IMG/VR virus record: IMGVR_UViG_3300017963_005353
Coordinates: 1 to 64,000 of that record
Source of the DNA: a virus
Length of the DNA: 64,000 nt
Reading direction: 5' to 3' (one strand)
In this document: positions 1 through 9,422 of the stretch, in pieces
How the letters are laid out: each line of letters opens with the position of its first letter
Numbering within the stretch: the stretch's first letter is position 1
Position numbers and translations under genes: made by a program
Notes under the pieces: generated by a model
What the model was told of the DNA's origin: nothing
What the model saw: only the letters and a program-made list of their open reading frames with translations
Database searches by the model: none

Positions 1-39
1 CACCACCGACAGCGCAAGCTGCAAAGGAGAACGGACCGC

Positions 40-363
40 ATGGCGAAGAAAAAGTCAGAACCCTATATCCGCGTCGTGGTTCGCAGGCTCGCCGGCGCCT
101 CCATTCCGGGGGCAGATCCAGAATACGAGACCATGCAACAGGTGTGTGAGTCCTACCCCGCGCCCGATTGGTGCCTGGCGGGAACCCACTTCATCGGCCT
201 AGAGCCCGGTCCCATTGTGGACGTGATGTTCATCTTTGTCAAGGCCGAACACTACATCCCTGGCGGGGCCATGTTCTACCTGAGCGAGATCGCGGAGGCT
301 CTGTCTGCCCTGGGCGTTGTGGAGATCGAGGACGAACCGGAGGGGCTCAAGACCGGAGACTGA
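40..363 (+). CDS. Hypothetical protein
   Basis: 107-aa ORF with an AAGGAG RBS upstream, co-oriented with the head genes. Confidence 0.6.
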   Translation: MAKKKSEPYIRVVVRRLAGASIPGADPEYETMQQVCESYPAPDWCLAGTHFIGLEPGPIVDVMFIFVKAEHYIPGGAMFYLSEIAEALSALGVVEIEDEPEGLKTGD

Positions 364-407
364 CCACAGCGGCCTTTTAGCGGCTACATAGTACCACAGG
401 ACAACCT

Positions 408-2660
408 ATGCCGATCACTATCGCTGATGCACCTGACACGCTTCCCAAGGGGGCAAAGACCATTTACGTCGGCGCGTTCAACGGGGCCTATTCCGGTGAG
501 TGCAAAGACGAGGGAAAGCGGCGTGATGAGTGCTCCGCTCGCATTGCCTGGGCAGCGGTCAAGAACAAATACAAACAGGTCGGCGACAAGTGGGTAGCCA
601 AGGCCGCCCACGTCCAGGTTGAGTTTTACATAGCCAAAGCGTCCCTCCAGGCCGATGGGACCATGCGCTGGCTGTGTGTGGCGTCCGACACGAACCCTGA
701 CAACCGCAGGGACAGGACCACGTTGACCCTGTTCCGAGACTGGATGGACAGGGTGGAGAACGATATACAGGTATCGTTTCTGCCCTCTCCCCGCAAGCCG
801 TTCCTGGGGCTGTCCCACTATCCAAGCCTGGATGGGTTTGGCGAGGCCGGCCTCACCGACCGCATGTACATCGACGGCGACCAGTTCAAAGCGGGCGGGT
901 TTTTCATCGACAACGCTTTGGGGCACGCTCTGTTCGATGCCATCCGGGACGAGCTTGCGGCCATCAAGCGCGGCGACCACCCGGACCTGCCGATCCGCAT
1001 CTCTGCCGCCTGGTGGGACATAGAGCACGCCCATGGCGATTTTCTGTTCCGTCGCTCCAGCCTGGACGACATTTGCCCTATGTGTGTCGAGGACACGAGC
1101 AAGACGTTTCTCAAGGGGCAGCTAGATCATTTTGCCGCCACACGGGTGCCGATCAACCCGCGCACGTCGGTGGTGGCACTGGAGGAAAGGTCTATGGCAA
1201 AAGTTACCCGTCACGACGACGCTGCCAGCATCGTTGACCCGGATCTTGCAGACGAACTGGAGCGACAGACGCAAGAACGACTGGAGCAGCGATCTGATGC
1301 CGATGCCGAGACGCCCGCAGCCCTGGTCATCAAAGCCGACGATGAGGGCGACCTGGTAGAGCTCGCCGGCGTCACCTGTGAGTGCCTGGAGTGTGGCAAG
1401 ACTGTCACGCTCAAGGAGGGGGAGCACTGCCCGGACACGAAATGCCCTGAGTGTGGGGGAGAGATGCGCCGCAAGGAAAGGCCGGGCGTGGGCCGGGCCG
1501 ATGAAGAGCAAGCCGTCACCAAGAAGAAAAAGAAAGACGATTGGCAACTGACAAAGAGTGACATTCGCTCACTGATCGCCTTGATCGACAAAGAACTCGC
1601 CCGCCGCAAGAAGGTCAAAGAGAAAAAGGCTTACGTCGAAATGTCCATGCAGCCGGTGAACGAGGACATGAGCCTAGGGAAACTCATCGAGGCCCTGTTC
1701 AATAGCTGCCCATCCCGCGCCGGCAAGACAAAAAGCACATGGATGGGCGACGTCAAGAGCTGGATCGGTTCTGCTGCCACAAAGTCCATCACCGGCTATC
1801 GCCGCCGCCTGGTGATGGTCGGAACCAAGATGGGCATGAAGTTTGGCAAGGCAGATGTCGAAATGGCAGACGAGTTTGTGGAGCAACAAACCGCTCCCGT
1901 CACTGATATGCCAGACACCTGGCGACCCTTCGGGGGAGCCACGTCCATCTCTGCCGCCGAAGCGTGGTTGGAAGCGCAAGAGAAGATGTTCCAAGTCTAT
2001 GATAGCTGGGGCATGTTCCGGGCCATCATGGAAAACATTTTGGATGACACAGACCTGACCGACAAACTGCCCGCCGTCCGTGAAGCGATCGCCGAGTTCG
2101 GCGACCGCGTGGAGACTATCAAGTCGGGGGCGGTTGACGCCTTTTTGGTCAGGGCCGTTGTCCAACAAGGAGAAGAAACCATGCCTGAGCAAAACAAGGA
2201 TCAGGTCCAAGACACCCAGGCGACCGAGCGGGTTGTCGCCGAGACGCCGGCCGCGCTCGACCCCGGGTCGGCCTTTTGGAGTGCCATTCAGGGCCTCACC
2301 GGCAACGTGACTCTATCGCGGGCTGACATGCTCAAGAGCGCACAAACCGCGCTCGAGACCCTGGCCTCTGCCGTCCAACAGCAGATCAACGCTGTGCGGC
2401 CGCCCGCTGTCGATGGTGAGGAAATGAAGGCCGCCGTCACCGCCGCCGTGGCCGAGGCGATGCGACCGTTGGGCGAGCAAGTGGCGTTGCTGCTTGCCAA
2501 GTCTCAAGCGGCTGCCCAGCCCGCGCCCGCTGTGCCGGTACAGCGCAGCCAGTCCGCACCGCAACAGGCGATCCAGGAAGTGGTGCCGGACACCGGCCTG
2601 ACCATTCCATCAAACAGCCTCCGGGCGTTGGCCCGCAGGTCTGTTGGTCTGCAAGACTGA
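408..2660 (+). CDS. ChaB-domain / prohead protease / Zn-ribbon / scaffold fusion protein
   Basis: N-terminal ChaB signature (LP..AKTIYVGAFN...ARIAWAAVKNKYKQ..DKW), a protease-like segment (CVASDTNPD...HYP...ISAAW...HFAATRVPINPRT), a CECLECG...CPDTKCPECG ribbon and an Ala/Gln/Pro-rich helical C-terminus. It lies directly upstream of the capsid gene. Confidence 0.72.
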   Translation: MPITIADAPDTLPKGAKTIYVGAFNGAYSGECKDEGKRRDECSARIAWAAVKNKYKQVGDKWVAKAAHVQVEFYIAKASLQADGTMRWLCVASDTNPDNRRDRTTLTLFRDWMDRVENDIQVSFLPSPRKPFLGLSHYPSLDGFGEAGLTDRMYIDGDQFKAGGFFIDNALGHALFDAIRDELAAIKRGDHPDLPIRISAAWWDIEHAHGDFLFRRSSLDDICPMCVEDTSKTFLKGQLDHFAATRVPINPRTSVVALEERSMAKVTRHDDAASIVDPDLADELERQTQERLEQRSDADAETPAALVIKADDEGDLVELAGVTCECLECGKTVTLKEGEHCPDTKCPECGGEMRRKERPGVGRADEEQAVTKKKKKDDWQLTKSDIRSLIALIDKELARRKKVKEKKAYVEMSMQPVNEDMSLGKLIEALFNSCPSRAGKTKSTWMGDVKSWIGSAATKSITGYRRRLVMVGTKMGMKFGKADVEMADEFVEQQTAPVTDMPDTWRPFGGATSISAAEAWLEAQEKMFQVYDSWGMFRAIMENILDDTDLTDKLPAVREAIAEFGDRVETIKSGAVDAFLVRAVVQQGEETMPEQNKDQVQDTQATERVVAETPAALDPGSAFWSAIQGLTGNVTLSRADMLKSAQTALETLASAVQQQINAVRPPAVDGEEMKAAVTAAVAEAMRPLGEQVALLLAKSQAAAQPAPAVPVQRSQSAPQQAIQEVVPDTGLTIPSNSLRALARRSVGLQD

Positions 2661-2764
2661 AAGCAATCAAGCGCACATAGTCTGCCGTAAAGCATAGCGT
2701 GGTGTCCACAGGGCACTGTCAAGCAACGCGTGGCTCCTGTGTCGTTTCACACAAGGAGGAAATC

Positions 2765-3991
2765 ATGCCTGCCCTTAAAACTCCACAGATTGTTCCGGGC
2801 GTTTCACCCGGCGAGCAGGTACTCGACATGCGCGACCCGACCGGGCGGTCCAGCTTCATGGCCGGCACGCCCCAACCCATGGCCGCGCGTGCGACCGATC
2901 CGGTCATCTCGCCCACCTACTCACAGCCGGCCGACTTTACCGCCCAATATCCCACGCCGCTTGACCCCACCGAGGTCATTGCGATGTGCGAGGAAGTGAC
3001 GCTGTTCCAGTTCATCCCTGAGCAGATGGGCTCACTGCAAGCCGAGCTCTGGCGCGAGCTCAACGAACTGGCTTTCTCGTCAGGCTCCACCTATATCGCC
3101 TTTGCCGATGGTGCCTGCCCCGAGGAGTACGAGCACGATGGCGACAACACGACCATCACACTCAAAAACCTGGGGGCCAAGAAAAGCCTGGGGATCAGCG
3201 ACATCATGCACTCCACCGCCGTGGCTGCCGCGAACTGGCACGGCATCAACCGCCTGGTCGGTGGTGCCCCAACGGGTGAAGGGATGCCGGGCGGGGCCGA
3301 CATGGGCACGTTCGTGCAGGAGAGTGTCGCCGGCCTCAAAGAGAAGGAAATGCGCCTGGGCATGAGCCTGGTCATCAACGGCTACGATCGTTTGCTGGCC
3401 GTGGGCAACGCCACGACCAATACCCTGGAGTTCGATGGCATCGAAAACCAGGTGACGAACGCCAATGGCAGCCACGTGGTCGTCAGCGGCGCATCTGGTA
3501 CCATCTCGGCCATCAGCTTCGACCGGTTCCTCACCGAATCGTGTGCCAAGCCAACGGTCGTCATGGGCCACCCGCAGGCCATCCAGGAGCTTCTGTCTGC
3601 CTATTTCCAGTTGGGCTTCCAGGGGTCCCAGGTCGTGAACTTTGCGACCGGCAACCGCATCACGCCGGGCTACAATTTCGCATCGTTCATCAACACCGCC
3701 GTGGGGCAGCTTCAGGTGGTCGCCGACAACAACTTCACGCGCACCGCATCTGGCTCCACGACCTTCCAGTCCGACATCTTTGCCCTACGCATGGTCCACA
3801 ACGGCGAGCCGCTGGTCTACCGCCGCACGCAGATCCCGCTCGCTTTCAAGGACCTGGTGCCCGGATGCACGGCCATCAGCTTTGAGATCTGGACCAAGAC
3901 CGCGCTGATCGTGAAATACCGCTGCGCTCACGGGCGGTACACCTCACTGTTCACCGGTCAGATCCAGACGACCTGCCCTGTCATCGGGTAG
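2765..3991 (+). CDS. Major capsid protein
   Basis: 408 aa from ATG 2765 with an AAGGAGG RBS. Position after the protease/scaffold, and a GN....LEFDGI motif common in HK97-fold capsids. Confidence 0.8.
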   Translation: MPALKTPQIVPGVSPGEQVLDMRDPTGRSSFMAGTPQPMAARATDPVISPTYSQPADFTAQYPTPLDPTEVIAMCEEVTLFQFIPEQMGSLQAELWRELNELAFSSGSTYIAFADGACPEEYEHDGDNTTITLKNLGAKKSLGISDIMHSTAVAAANWHGINRLVGGAPTGEGMPGGADMGTFVQESVAGLKEKEMRLGMSLVINGYDRLLAVGNATTNTLEFDGIENQVTNANGSHVVVSGASGTISAISFDRFLTESCAKPTVVMGHPQAIQELLSAYFQLGFQGSQVVNFATGNRITPGYNFASFINTAVGQLQVVADNNFTRTASGSTTFQSDIFALRMVHNGEPLVYRRTQIPLAFKDLVPGCTAISFEIWTKTALIVKYRCAHGRYTSLFTGQIQTTCPVIG

Positions 3992-4012
3992 GAGGAAACA
4001 CGAGACCACTAG

Positions 4013-4074
4013 CAATCTGTGGGGCATGGGGCGCGGGCGTATCCTAGCAACAACCGCCCCATGCCCGCAGATTG
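4013..4074 (+). other. Stable stem-loop after the capsid gene (mRNA stabiliser/attenuator candidate)
   Basis: GGGCATGGGGCG (4022-4033) is perfectly complementary to CGCCCCATGCCC (4055-4066), and the stem extends via CAATCTG/CAGATTG. There is no U-tract. Confidence 0.55.
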
Positions 4075-4098
4075 GGGGAGAGCGCCGGAGGTTGGTCG

Positions 4099-4338
4099 AT
4101 GCCTGTCACCAACGAGAGCGGGGAAGTGGCCGTAATCTATAGAAACAACGTCCCAAGACTGGTGGACGGCAAGCACGTCTTTGCCGTCAAGCATGGCATT
4201 TCCCTTGCCTGGGTTCCAGAGGCGACCGCTGCCGCCCTGATCCGCCGCAGGTCAACGTGTCGGGGCTGTGGCAACAAAAAGCTGTTTGCCTTTGCCACCG
4301 AGGGCCAAGTCAGCCATTGGCTCTCCGGAGGGAGATGA
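4099..4338 (+). CDS. Small hypothetical protein with a CxxC motif (possible minor head protein)
   Basis: GGAGG RBS before ATG 4099, TCRGCG motif, first gene after the capsid. Confidence 0.6.
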   Translation: MPVTNESGEVAVIYRNNVPRLVDGKHVFAVKHGISLAWVPEATAAALIRRRSTCRGCGNKKLFAFATEGQVSHWLSGGR

Positions 4339-4341
4339 GTC

Positions 4342-5178
4342 ATGCGGATAGGCGTCACCGGTCCCCATGGGCGTTTAGGTTCTGAGTTGGTCCGCCAGGG
4401 TTGTGTGCCCATCGAGGCGGACGTTACGCATTTCTACGCGCTCAAGACTGCGGTTGAAGCCGCCGAGTGTGACGTGATCGTGCACTGCGCGGCCATGACC
4501 GACGTGGACGCCTGTGAGACAGACCCCTCGACCGCCGCCGCGATCAACACCGGGGGCGTTGCCCACCTCCTGCAAGCCCATCCCGGGCGCATCGTCTATC
4601 TCTCTACCGATTACATCTTCGACGGGGGCAGCCCCACTTTCACCCAAACACAGCCGGCCGGCCCCTATTCCGAGACGTGGCCCCCCAATCCCATCTCGGT
4701 CTACGGCTGGTCCAAGCTCGGTGGGGAAATCCTGATCCGCAACGCCCGCCGCCCGGGGTGTCTGACCGTTCGCACGACCGTGCTTTTTGACGGGCGGAGT
4801 GGGTGTTTCGTGGCGAAAGTGCTGGACAAGCTCATGCGCGATGAATACGTCTATGTTCCCGATGAGCTTTACGGGAGCCCAACCTACATTCCCCACCTGG
4901 CGACCGACATCCTCCTGGCGATAGAGCGCAACGTGACGGGCGTGCTCAACCTGGCCGGTGTGCACGTCATTTCTCGGTATGAGTTCGCCCGGAGGATCGC
5001 GGAGGCCGCCGATGTGCCGCTGACCCTGGTGAAGAGGGGCAAAACCCTGGGGGCCGCTCCCCGGCCCAAGCAAGCGGGCCTGACGATCAACAAGGCCACG
5101 CACCTGGGCTTTTTGCCCCGGGATCCGCTGGCCGTTTTACCGCAAATCATAGCACAAAGACACGGAGGCGAGACATGA
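4342..5178 (+). CDS. rfbD: dTDP-4-dehydrorhamnose reductase (RmlD/RfbD)-family extended SDR
   Basis: VTGPHGRLG, HCAAMTDVDACE, YLSTDYIFDG, PISVYGWSKLGGE, GSPTY and APRP motifs. Confidence 0.85.
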   Translation: MRIGVTGPHGRLGSELVRQGCVPIEADVTHFYALKTAVEAAECDVIVHCAAMTDVDACETDPSTAAAINTGGVAHLLQAHPGRIVYLSTDYIFDGGSPTFTQTQPAGPYSETWPPNPISVYGWSKLGGEILIRNARRPGCLTVRTTVLFDGRSGCFVAKVLDKLMRDEYVYVPDELYGSPTYIPHLATDILLAIERNVTGVLNLAGVHVISRYEFARRIAEAADVPLTLVKRGKTLGAAPRPKQAGLTINKATHLGFLPRDPLAVLPQIIAQRHGGET

Positions 5179-6368
5179 GAGAGACCTGGAAAGTGTGGAG
5201 GCTTGGAGATCCCATCACAGTTAATCGCATCGTGTGGGATCAGCGAGAGGTCGAAAATGTGCTGGATGTGTTTCAGTTGGACTGGTTTGGCCCGCGCACC
5301 TATGCGGAGATGGCAGAAACGTTCCTGGGCCGGCTTCACGATGACCGGTTTGCCCAGCTGCTCAATTCCGGTTCGTCGGCCCTATTCTTGGGCACACTCG
5401 CCCTGCAAAAGATGGGCCTGTGGAAACGGGGCGACAAGATTCTGACACCTGTTTGCACCTTCCCCTCCACGGCAAACCCCATCTGGCAGGCAGGCATGAT
5501 CCCTGTCTTTGTGGACGTGGAGGAAGGAACGTACAACATCGACGCTGAATTGGCGTTCGATGCCCTGGACGAGCACCCGGACATCGCCGGCGCCATCATT
5601 CCCCACCTGTTGGGCAACATCCCCAACATGCACGACCTGACGACCATGCTCGGGGACCGCCCGCTCATCGAGGACTGCTGCGACACGCTCCTGGGAGAAT
5701 ACGATGGGCAGTTGGTCGGCACTTTTGGGGACGCGGCGGCCTTTTCATTTTACGGGTCCCACCACGTCACCGCTGCCGGCGTGGGCGGGGCGTTGGTGTG
5801 TGCGGATCCGGACATGCACGAAATTGTCCACAGCATGGCCTTTTGGGGGCGCGATTTTGCCCCGACCGGAGAGCCTTACACCGATTTTCTCAACCGCTAT
5901 CGCTACCGGGAGATCGGGTTCGACATGCAGATGACCGAGATCCAGGCGGCCTTTCTGGTCGCTCAACTCGAGCGATTGCACCACATTGTCGAACTCAGGC
6001 ACCAACGGTTTCTGGAGCTCTTTGACGCCCTGATCGCCTATGACCATTTGCTGGTGCTGCCCAGGCAGCACGATGACGCGGAGCCCTCCTGGTTTGGGTT
6101 CCCGGTGCTGGTAAGGGAGGATGCGCCATTCGACCGGGAGGAGTTTGTGCGCTACCTGCTTGAAATGAAGGTGGAGATCCGCCCCCTGTTCGCCGGCAAT
6201 CTATTGAGGCAGCCTGCTTACAGGGACAGCCCCCATCTCCTTGTCGGGGATACGACCCAGGCAGACCGGTGCATGGAGCGGGCGTTTTTCCTGCCATCGT
6301 GGAACATGCCCCAGGACTGCATGGATCGCTTGATCGAGATAGTAGTGGGGTTTTTGGATGAGCAGTAG
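5175..6368 (+). CDS. DegT/DnrJ/EryC1/StrS family, RfbH/ColD-type NDP-4-keto-6-deoxysugar 3-dehydratase-like
   Basis: NSGSSA, FPSTANP, HLLGN, IEDCCD, SFYGSHHVT (His at the Schiff-base Lys position), WGRD, SWFGFP and RPLFAGN. Confidence 0.8.
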   Translation: MRETWKVWRLGDPITVNRIVWDQREVENVLDVFQLDWFGPRTYAEMAETFLGRLHDDRFAQLLNSGSSALFLGTLALQKMGLWKRGDKILTPVCTFPSTANPIWQAGMIPVFVDVEEGTYNIDAELAFDALDEHPDIAGAIIPHLLGNIPNMHDLTTMLGDRPLIEDCCDTLLGEYDGQLVGTFGDAAAFSFYGSHHVTAAGVGGALVCADPDMHEIVHSMAFWGRDFAPTGEPYTDFLNRYRYREIGFDMQMTEIQAAFLVAQLERLHHIVELRHQRFLELFDALIAYDHLLVLPRQHDDAEPSWFGFPVLVREDAPFDREEFVRYLLEMKVEIRPLFAGNLLRQPAYRDSPHLLVGDTTQADRCMERAFFLPSWNMPQDCMDRLIEIVVGFLDEQ

Positions 6369-6380
6369 GGAGAAAGAAAC

Positions 6381-7142
6381 ATGGGGCTTGTCTTAATTCC
6401 TGGGCAAGAGGCGACAATCAAGACCTCGGTGATCGTGCCGGTCTGGAACCGGGCCGATCTGACCATGGCCTGGCTCAACCGGCACTGGAGCCTGTACAGA
6501 GGCAGGCCCGACGTTGAGGTGGTGATCGTCAACAATGGGTCAACCGACACGACGCCAGCCATCCTGGTCCAATGGGGCAAAGTCTATGGTGACGCGCTCC
6601 AGGTGGTGACGCACGACGAAAACCGGGGATTCAGCGCGGGCAACAATGCCGGCGCAGCAGTCGCCAGAGGTTCGGTGCTTGTGTTCACCTCCAATGACGT
6701 GATTGTCAACGGTGATTACCTGGGACCGGTAGAGCAGCGGCTAAACGGGCAAGATGTTCTCCTGGGCGCACAGATATTGACCATCGACACGGGTTGGAAC
6801 ACGTTCCGGGGTGTCGAGGTTGAGACCGTCGCCGAGGGGCGAGACCCCAAGCGGGAGCCAGAGCCAACCGTCATTCCCTACCTGGCGGGGCACCTGGTCG
6901 CTGCCAACCGCTCGACGTGGGATCGCATAGGAGGATGGGACGAACGGTATAAACCGAGCGACTATGAGGACATCGACCTGTCCTATACGGCCATTCGGTT
7001 GGGTATCCCATTGGTCGCCATTGCCCTGCCCGTCAAGCATCTGTTTGGGCAGTCGGCGGGCCAACTACACGGAGGGCGTGAGGCCATCACGTTCCAGAGC
7101 CGGGCCAAGTTCATGGAGAAATGGGGGTTGTCAGAGCCATGA
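6381..7142 (+). CDS. Glycosyltransferase family 2
   Basis: SVIVPVWN, VNNGSTD, NRGFSAGNNAG, FTSND and GGWDERY...YEDIDLS. Confidence 0.88.
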   Translation: MGLVLIPGQEATIKTSVIVPVWNRADLTMAWLNRHWSLYRGRPDVEVVIVNNGSTDTTPAILVQWGKVYGDALQVVTHDENRGFSAGNNAGAAVARGSVLVFTSNDVIVNGDYLGPVEQRLNGQDVLLGAQILTIDTGWNTFRGVEVETVAEGRDPKREPEPTVIPYLAGHLVAANRSTWDRIGGWDERYKPSDYEDIDLSYTAIRLGIPLVAIALPVKHLFGQSAGQLHGGREAITFQSRAKFMEKWGLSEP

Positions 7143-7402
7143 GAATGGAGATACACAATAAAGTGAGACTGCGCCCATGTAGATGGAAATGGCACATTAG
7201 CCAACCCAATGTCGAGTGGGATTGTGGGGTCTTTCACCTGTTCTTTCCCTGGGAAGGCATTGTGGGAGCAGTGCTAGAAAATGGCAATGGGGAGGTTATC
7301 GTGGTACACGACATCGCCACTTCCCTAGCCTTACAATTCACCGATAACCTGGCCGGTGAGATATTCGATCTGGAAACCAGGTCAAGGAGTGAGAATGGAT
7401 AA
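7139..7402 (+). CDS. Hypothetical protein
   Basis: ATGA overlap with the upstream GT2 stop; fills the operon gap. Confidence 0.5.
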   Translation: MRMEIHNKVRLRPCRWKWHISQPNVEWDCGVFHLFFPWEGIVGAVLENGNGEVIVVHDIATSLALQFTDNLAGEIFDLETRSRSENG

Positions 7403-8234
7403 TTACTATCTCATGGGGCGAACCTACAAAGGCAAGCTGCGCGACATGACCTCTGGCATTGGCCCCCTGCTCCTGCTCATGGGGCTTTTTCTCCTGGCCG
7501 CCGCTCTGTCTAGTGTGCCGTGGCTCGCTCCCGATTGGGAGAACTTCTATCGCCCTGGGGCTCTGTCCGCCAGGCCCAACGACGTTTTTGGGAACTATGC
7601 CCCGCCCTGGACCTACCCGGTGCTGTGGCCCATCGCCGTCTTGGGCGATGGCCTGAGCAAGGGCGTGCTCACCCTGGCAACTGTTTTTGTATGCTGGCGG
7701 TTCATGGGTTCCTGGCGGCGGTTCGCCCTGTTGTGCCTGACCATGCCGTTCGTGGCGACGGTCGCCTTTGGGCAGATTGACACCCTTTCCCTGGTCGGGT
7801 TGATGGCGCCGGCCGACTTATCTCTGCTGTTCCTGACCATGAAGCCCCAGGGGGCGATACTGGCAGCACTCAAAGAGCGGTTGACAGTCCGCTCGGTCTG
7901 TATCCTGCTGATCCTGGTTGCAGTTTCGCTCCTCCTGTGGGGTTGGTGGCCGGCCAGTTTGCTGGCCCGTACAGACTGGAGTACAGACTGCTCACCCTGG
8001 CCCTATGGTATCCCCTTTGGCCTGGGCCTGCTGTATTGGCAGTGGAAACGGGGGTTTGACAGCGATTCGGCGTTGTGTGTGGCAACGCTCCTGCTGGTGC
8101 CATACTTTTTCTACACGTCCATGCTGCCGGCTGTGGCGGCAACTATCAAGGAAATGGACGACGATTGGCCCATGATGCTCCTGGTCGTAGGCGTAACCTG
8201 GCTGATGGTCATCTTTGCGGGGGTTGGGTTGTGA
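7395..8234 (+). CDS. Polytopic membrane glycosyltransferase, GT87/DUF2029-like (GT-C fold)
   Basis: About 8 hydrophobic segments; DW..FY, Y.PPW, GQID and LTMKPQ motifs typical of GT87; AAGGAG RBS before 7395. Confidence 0.6.
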   Translation: MDNYYLMGRTYKGKLRDMTSGIGPLLLLMGLFLLAAALSSVPWLAPDWENFYRPGALSARPNDVFGNYAPPWTYPVLWPIAVLGDGLSKGVLTLATVFVCWRFMGSWRRFALLCLTMPFVATVAFGQIDTLSLVGLMAPADLSLLFLTMKPQGAILAALKERLTVRSVCILLILVAVSLLLWGWWPASLLARTDWSTDCSPWPYGIPFGLGLLYWQWKRGFDSDSALCVATLLLVPYFFYTSMLPAVAATIKEMDDDWPMMLLVVGVTWLMVIFAGVGL

Positions 8235-8965
8235 GGGTGATCGTCCTGGCCCGGACGTTAAACGAAGAGCGAAACATTGCCCGGTTCTGCCGGTGCTATG
8301 CCCAGGCCGATGCCATCCTTGTGGCAGACGGGGGAAGCACCGACCGGACGGTGGAGATTGCTCGCCAATTTGAAAACGTGGAGGTTCGTCACTTTCGGGA
8401 AAGGACGCACTATCCCGGGGGCGTCATTTTCAACCCGGAGACGCAGCACATTAACTTTCTCATAGATTGGGCGGTGAGGGAGCAAAGCCCCGATTGGCTG
8501 GTCAACGATGACGTGGACTGCATACCGACTGCCGACCTACATCGTGACATGCTTGGGCTGCTCGCCGCTGCCCTGGCTCCTGTGGTTTGTGCTTATAGGC
8601 TGTATGTCTGGGGAGAGCGCATGTATCTGCCCCGGATGAGCTTGCAGGGGCAATCCTTGTGGGCGTGGCAACCCCGGCTCAAGTCCGACATCAGAGGGGA
8701 TGAAAGCCTGCCGGAAACCCAGTACGGATTCACCGGCATACCACCCGCCTACACCGATGGGCGGATCGACCTGGCGGCCCCGTTCTGCCTGTTGCATTAT
8801 TTTGCACCATCCGAAGCCGCCTATGCTGAGAGAATGGTACAATACGCTGCCAGGGGTACGCCCATCGTGCCCATCAGGGAGACCGAATATTGGCCGCCCG
8901 AACCTTTGCCCGTTTGGGCGGTTCCTCCGAAGATTGCAGAGGGGAGCCATGTCAGAGCAGGTTAA
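8231..8965 (+). CDS. Glycosyltransferase family 2
   Basis: GTG start overlapping the upstream stop; NEERNI, VADGGSTDRT, DDVD (DxD) and LLHY. Confidence 0.8.
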   Translation: MRVIVLARTLNEERNIARFCRCYAQADAILVADGGSTDRTVEIARQFENVEVRHFRERTHYPGGVIFNPETQHINFLIDWAVREQSPDWLVNDDVDCIPTADLHRDMLGLLAAALAPVVCAYRLYVWGERMYLPRMSLQGQSLWAWQPRLKSDIRGDESLPETQYGFTGIPPAYTDGRIDLAAPFCLLHYFAPSEAAYAERMVQYAARGTPIVPIRETEYWPPEPLPVWAVPPKIAEGSHVRAG

Positions 8966-9422
8966 AACGCTCGTCACCATACTGCGCCACCAGCGGATCG
9001 TCGCCGCCTACATGCGTCGGCTGGCCTATGCGCTCCTGGAGGTGGCGGAGGTCCACGACCTGTCAAAACTGAGCCTGGACGAGTTTGGCGGATTTGTTGA
9101 GATGAACCACGTTGCCAGGGAGCACAAATTCGGCTCAGAAGAATACTATGCTGCCCTGGAGAACAGGGACGACGTTGTGGGATTGCACTATCAACGCAAC
9201 CGCCACCACCCGGAGCACCACGACCGGGGCATTGATGACATGACCCTGGTGGACCTGGTGGAAATGGTCGCTGACTGGCAAGCGGCCAGCGACGTTTACG
9301 GGAAAGCCACGTTTGAAGAGGGGTTGAAGGTGCTGAGGGATCGGTTTGGGCTCACGTCCTGTCATCTGCACTTGATATGGCTGATTCATGACGTGTTCGT
9401 GGGGGAGACAGAGAGGCCATGA
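8949..9422 (+). CDS. Phage HD-like protein (DUF5662-like)
   Basis: HDLSKL...HYQRNRHHPEHH...MTLVDLVEMVADW motif. Confidence 0.7.
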   Translation: MSEQVKTLVTILRHQRIVAAYMRRLAYALLEVAEVHDLSKLSLDEFGGFVEMNHVAREHKFGSEEYYAALENRDDVVGLHYQRNRHHPEHHDRGIDDMTLVDLVEMVADWQAASDVYGKATFEEGLKVLRDRFGLTSCHLHLIWLIHDVFVGETERP

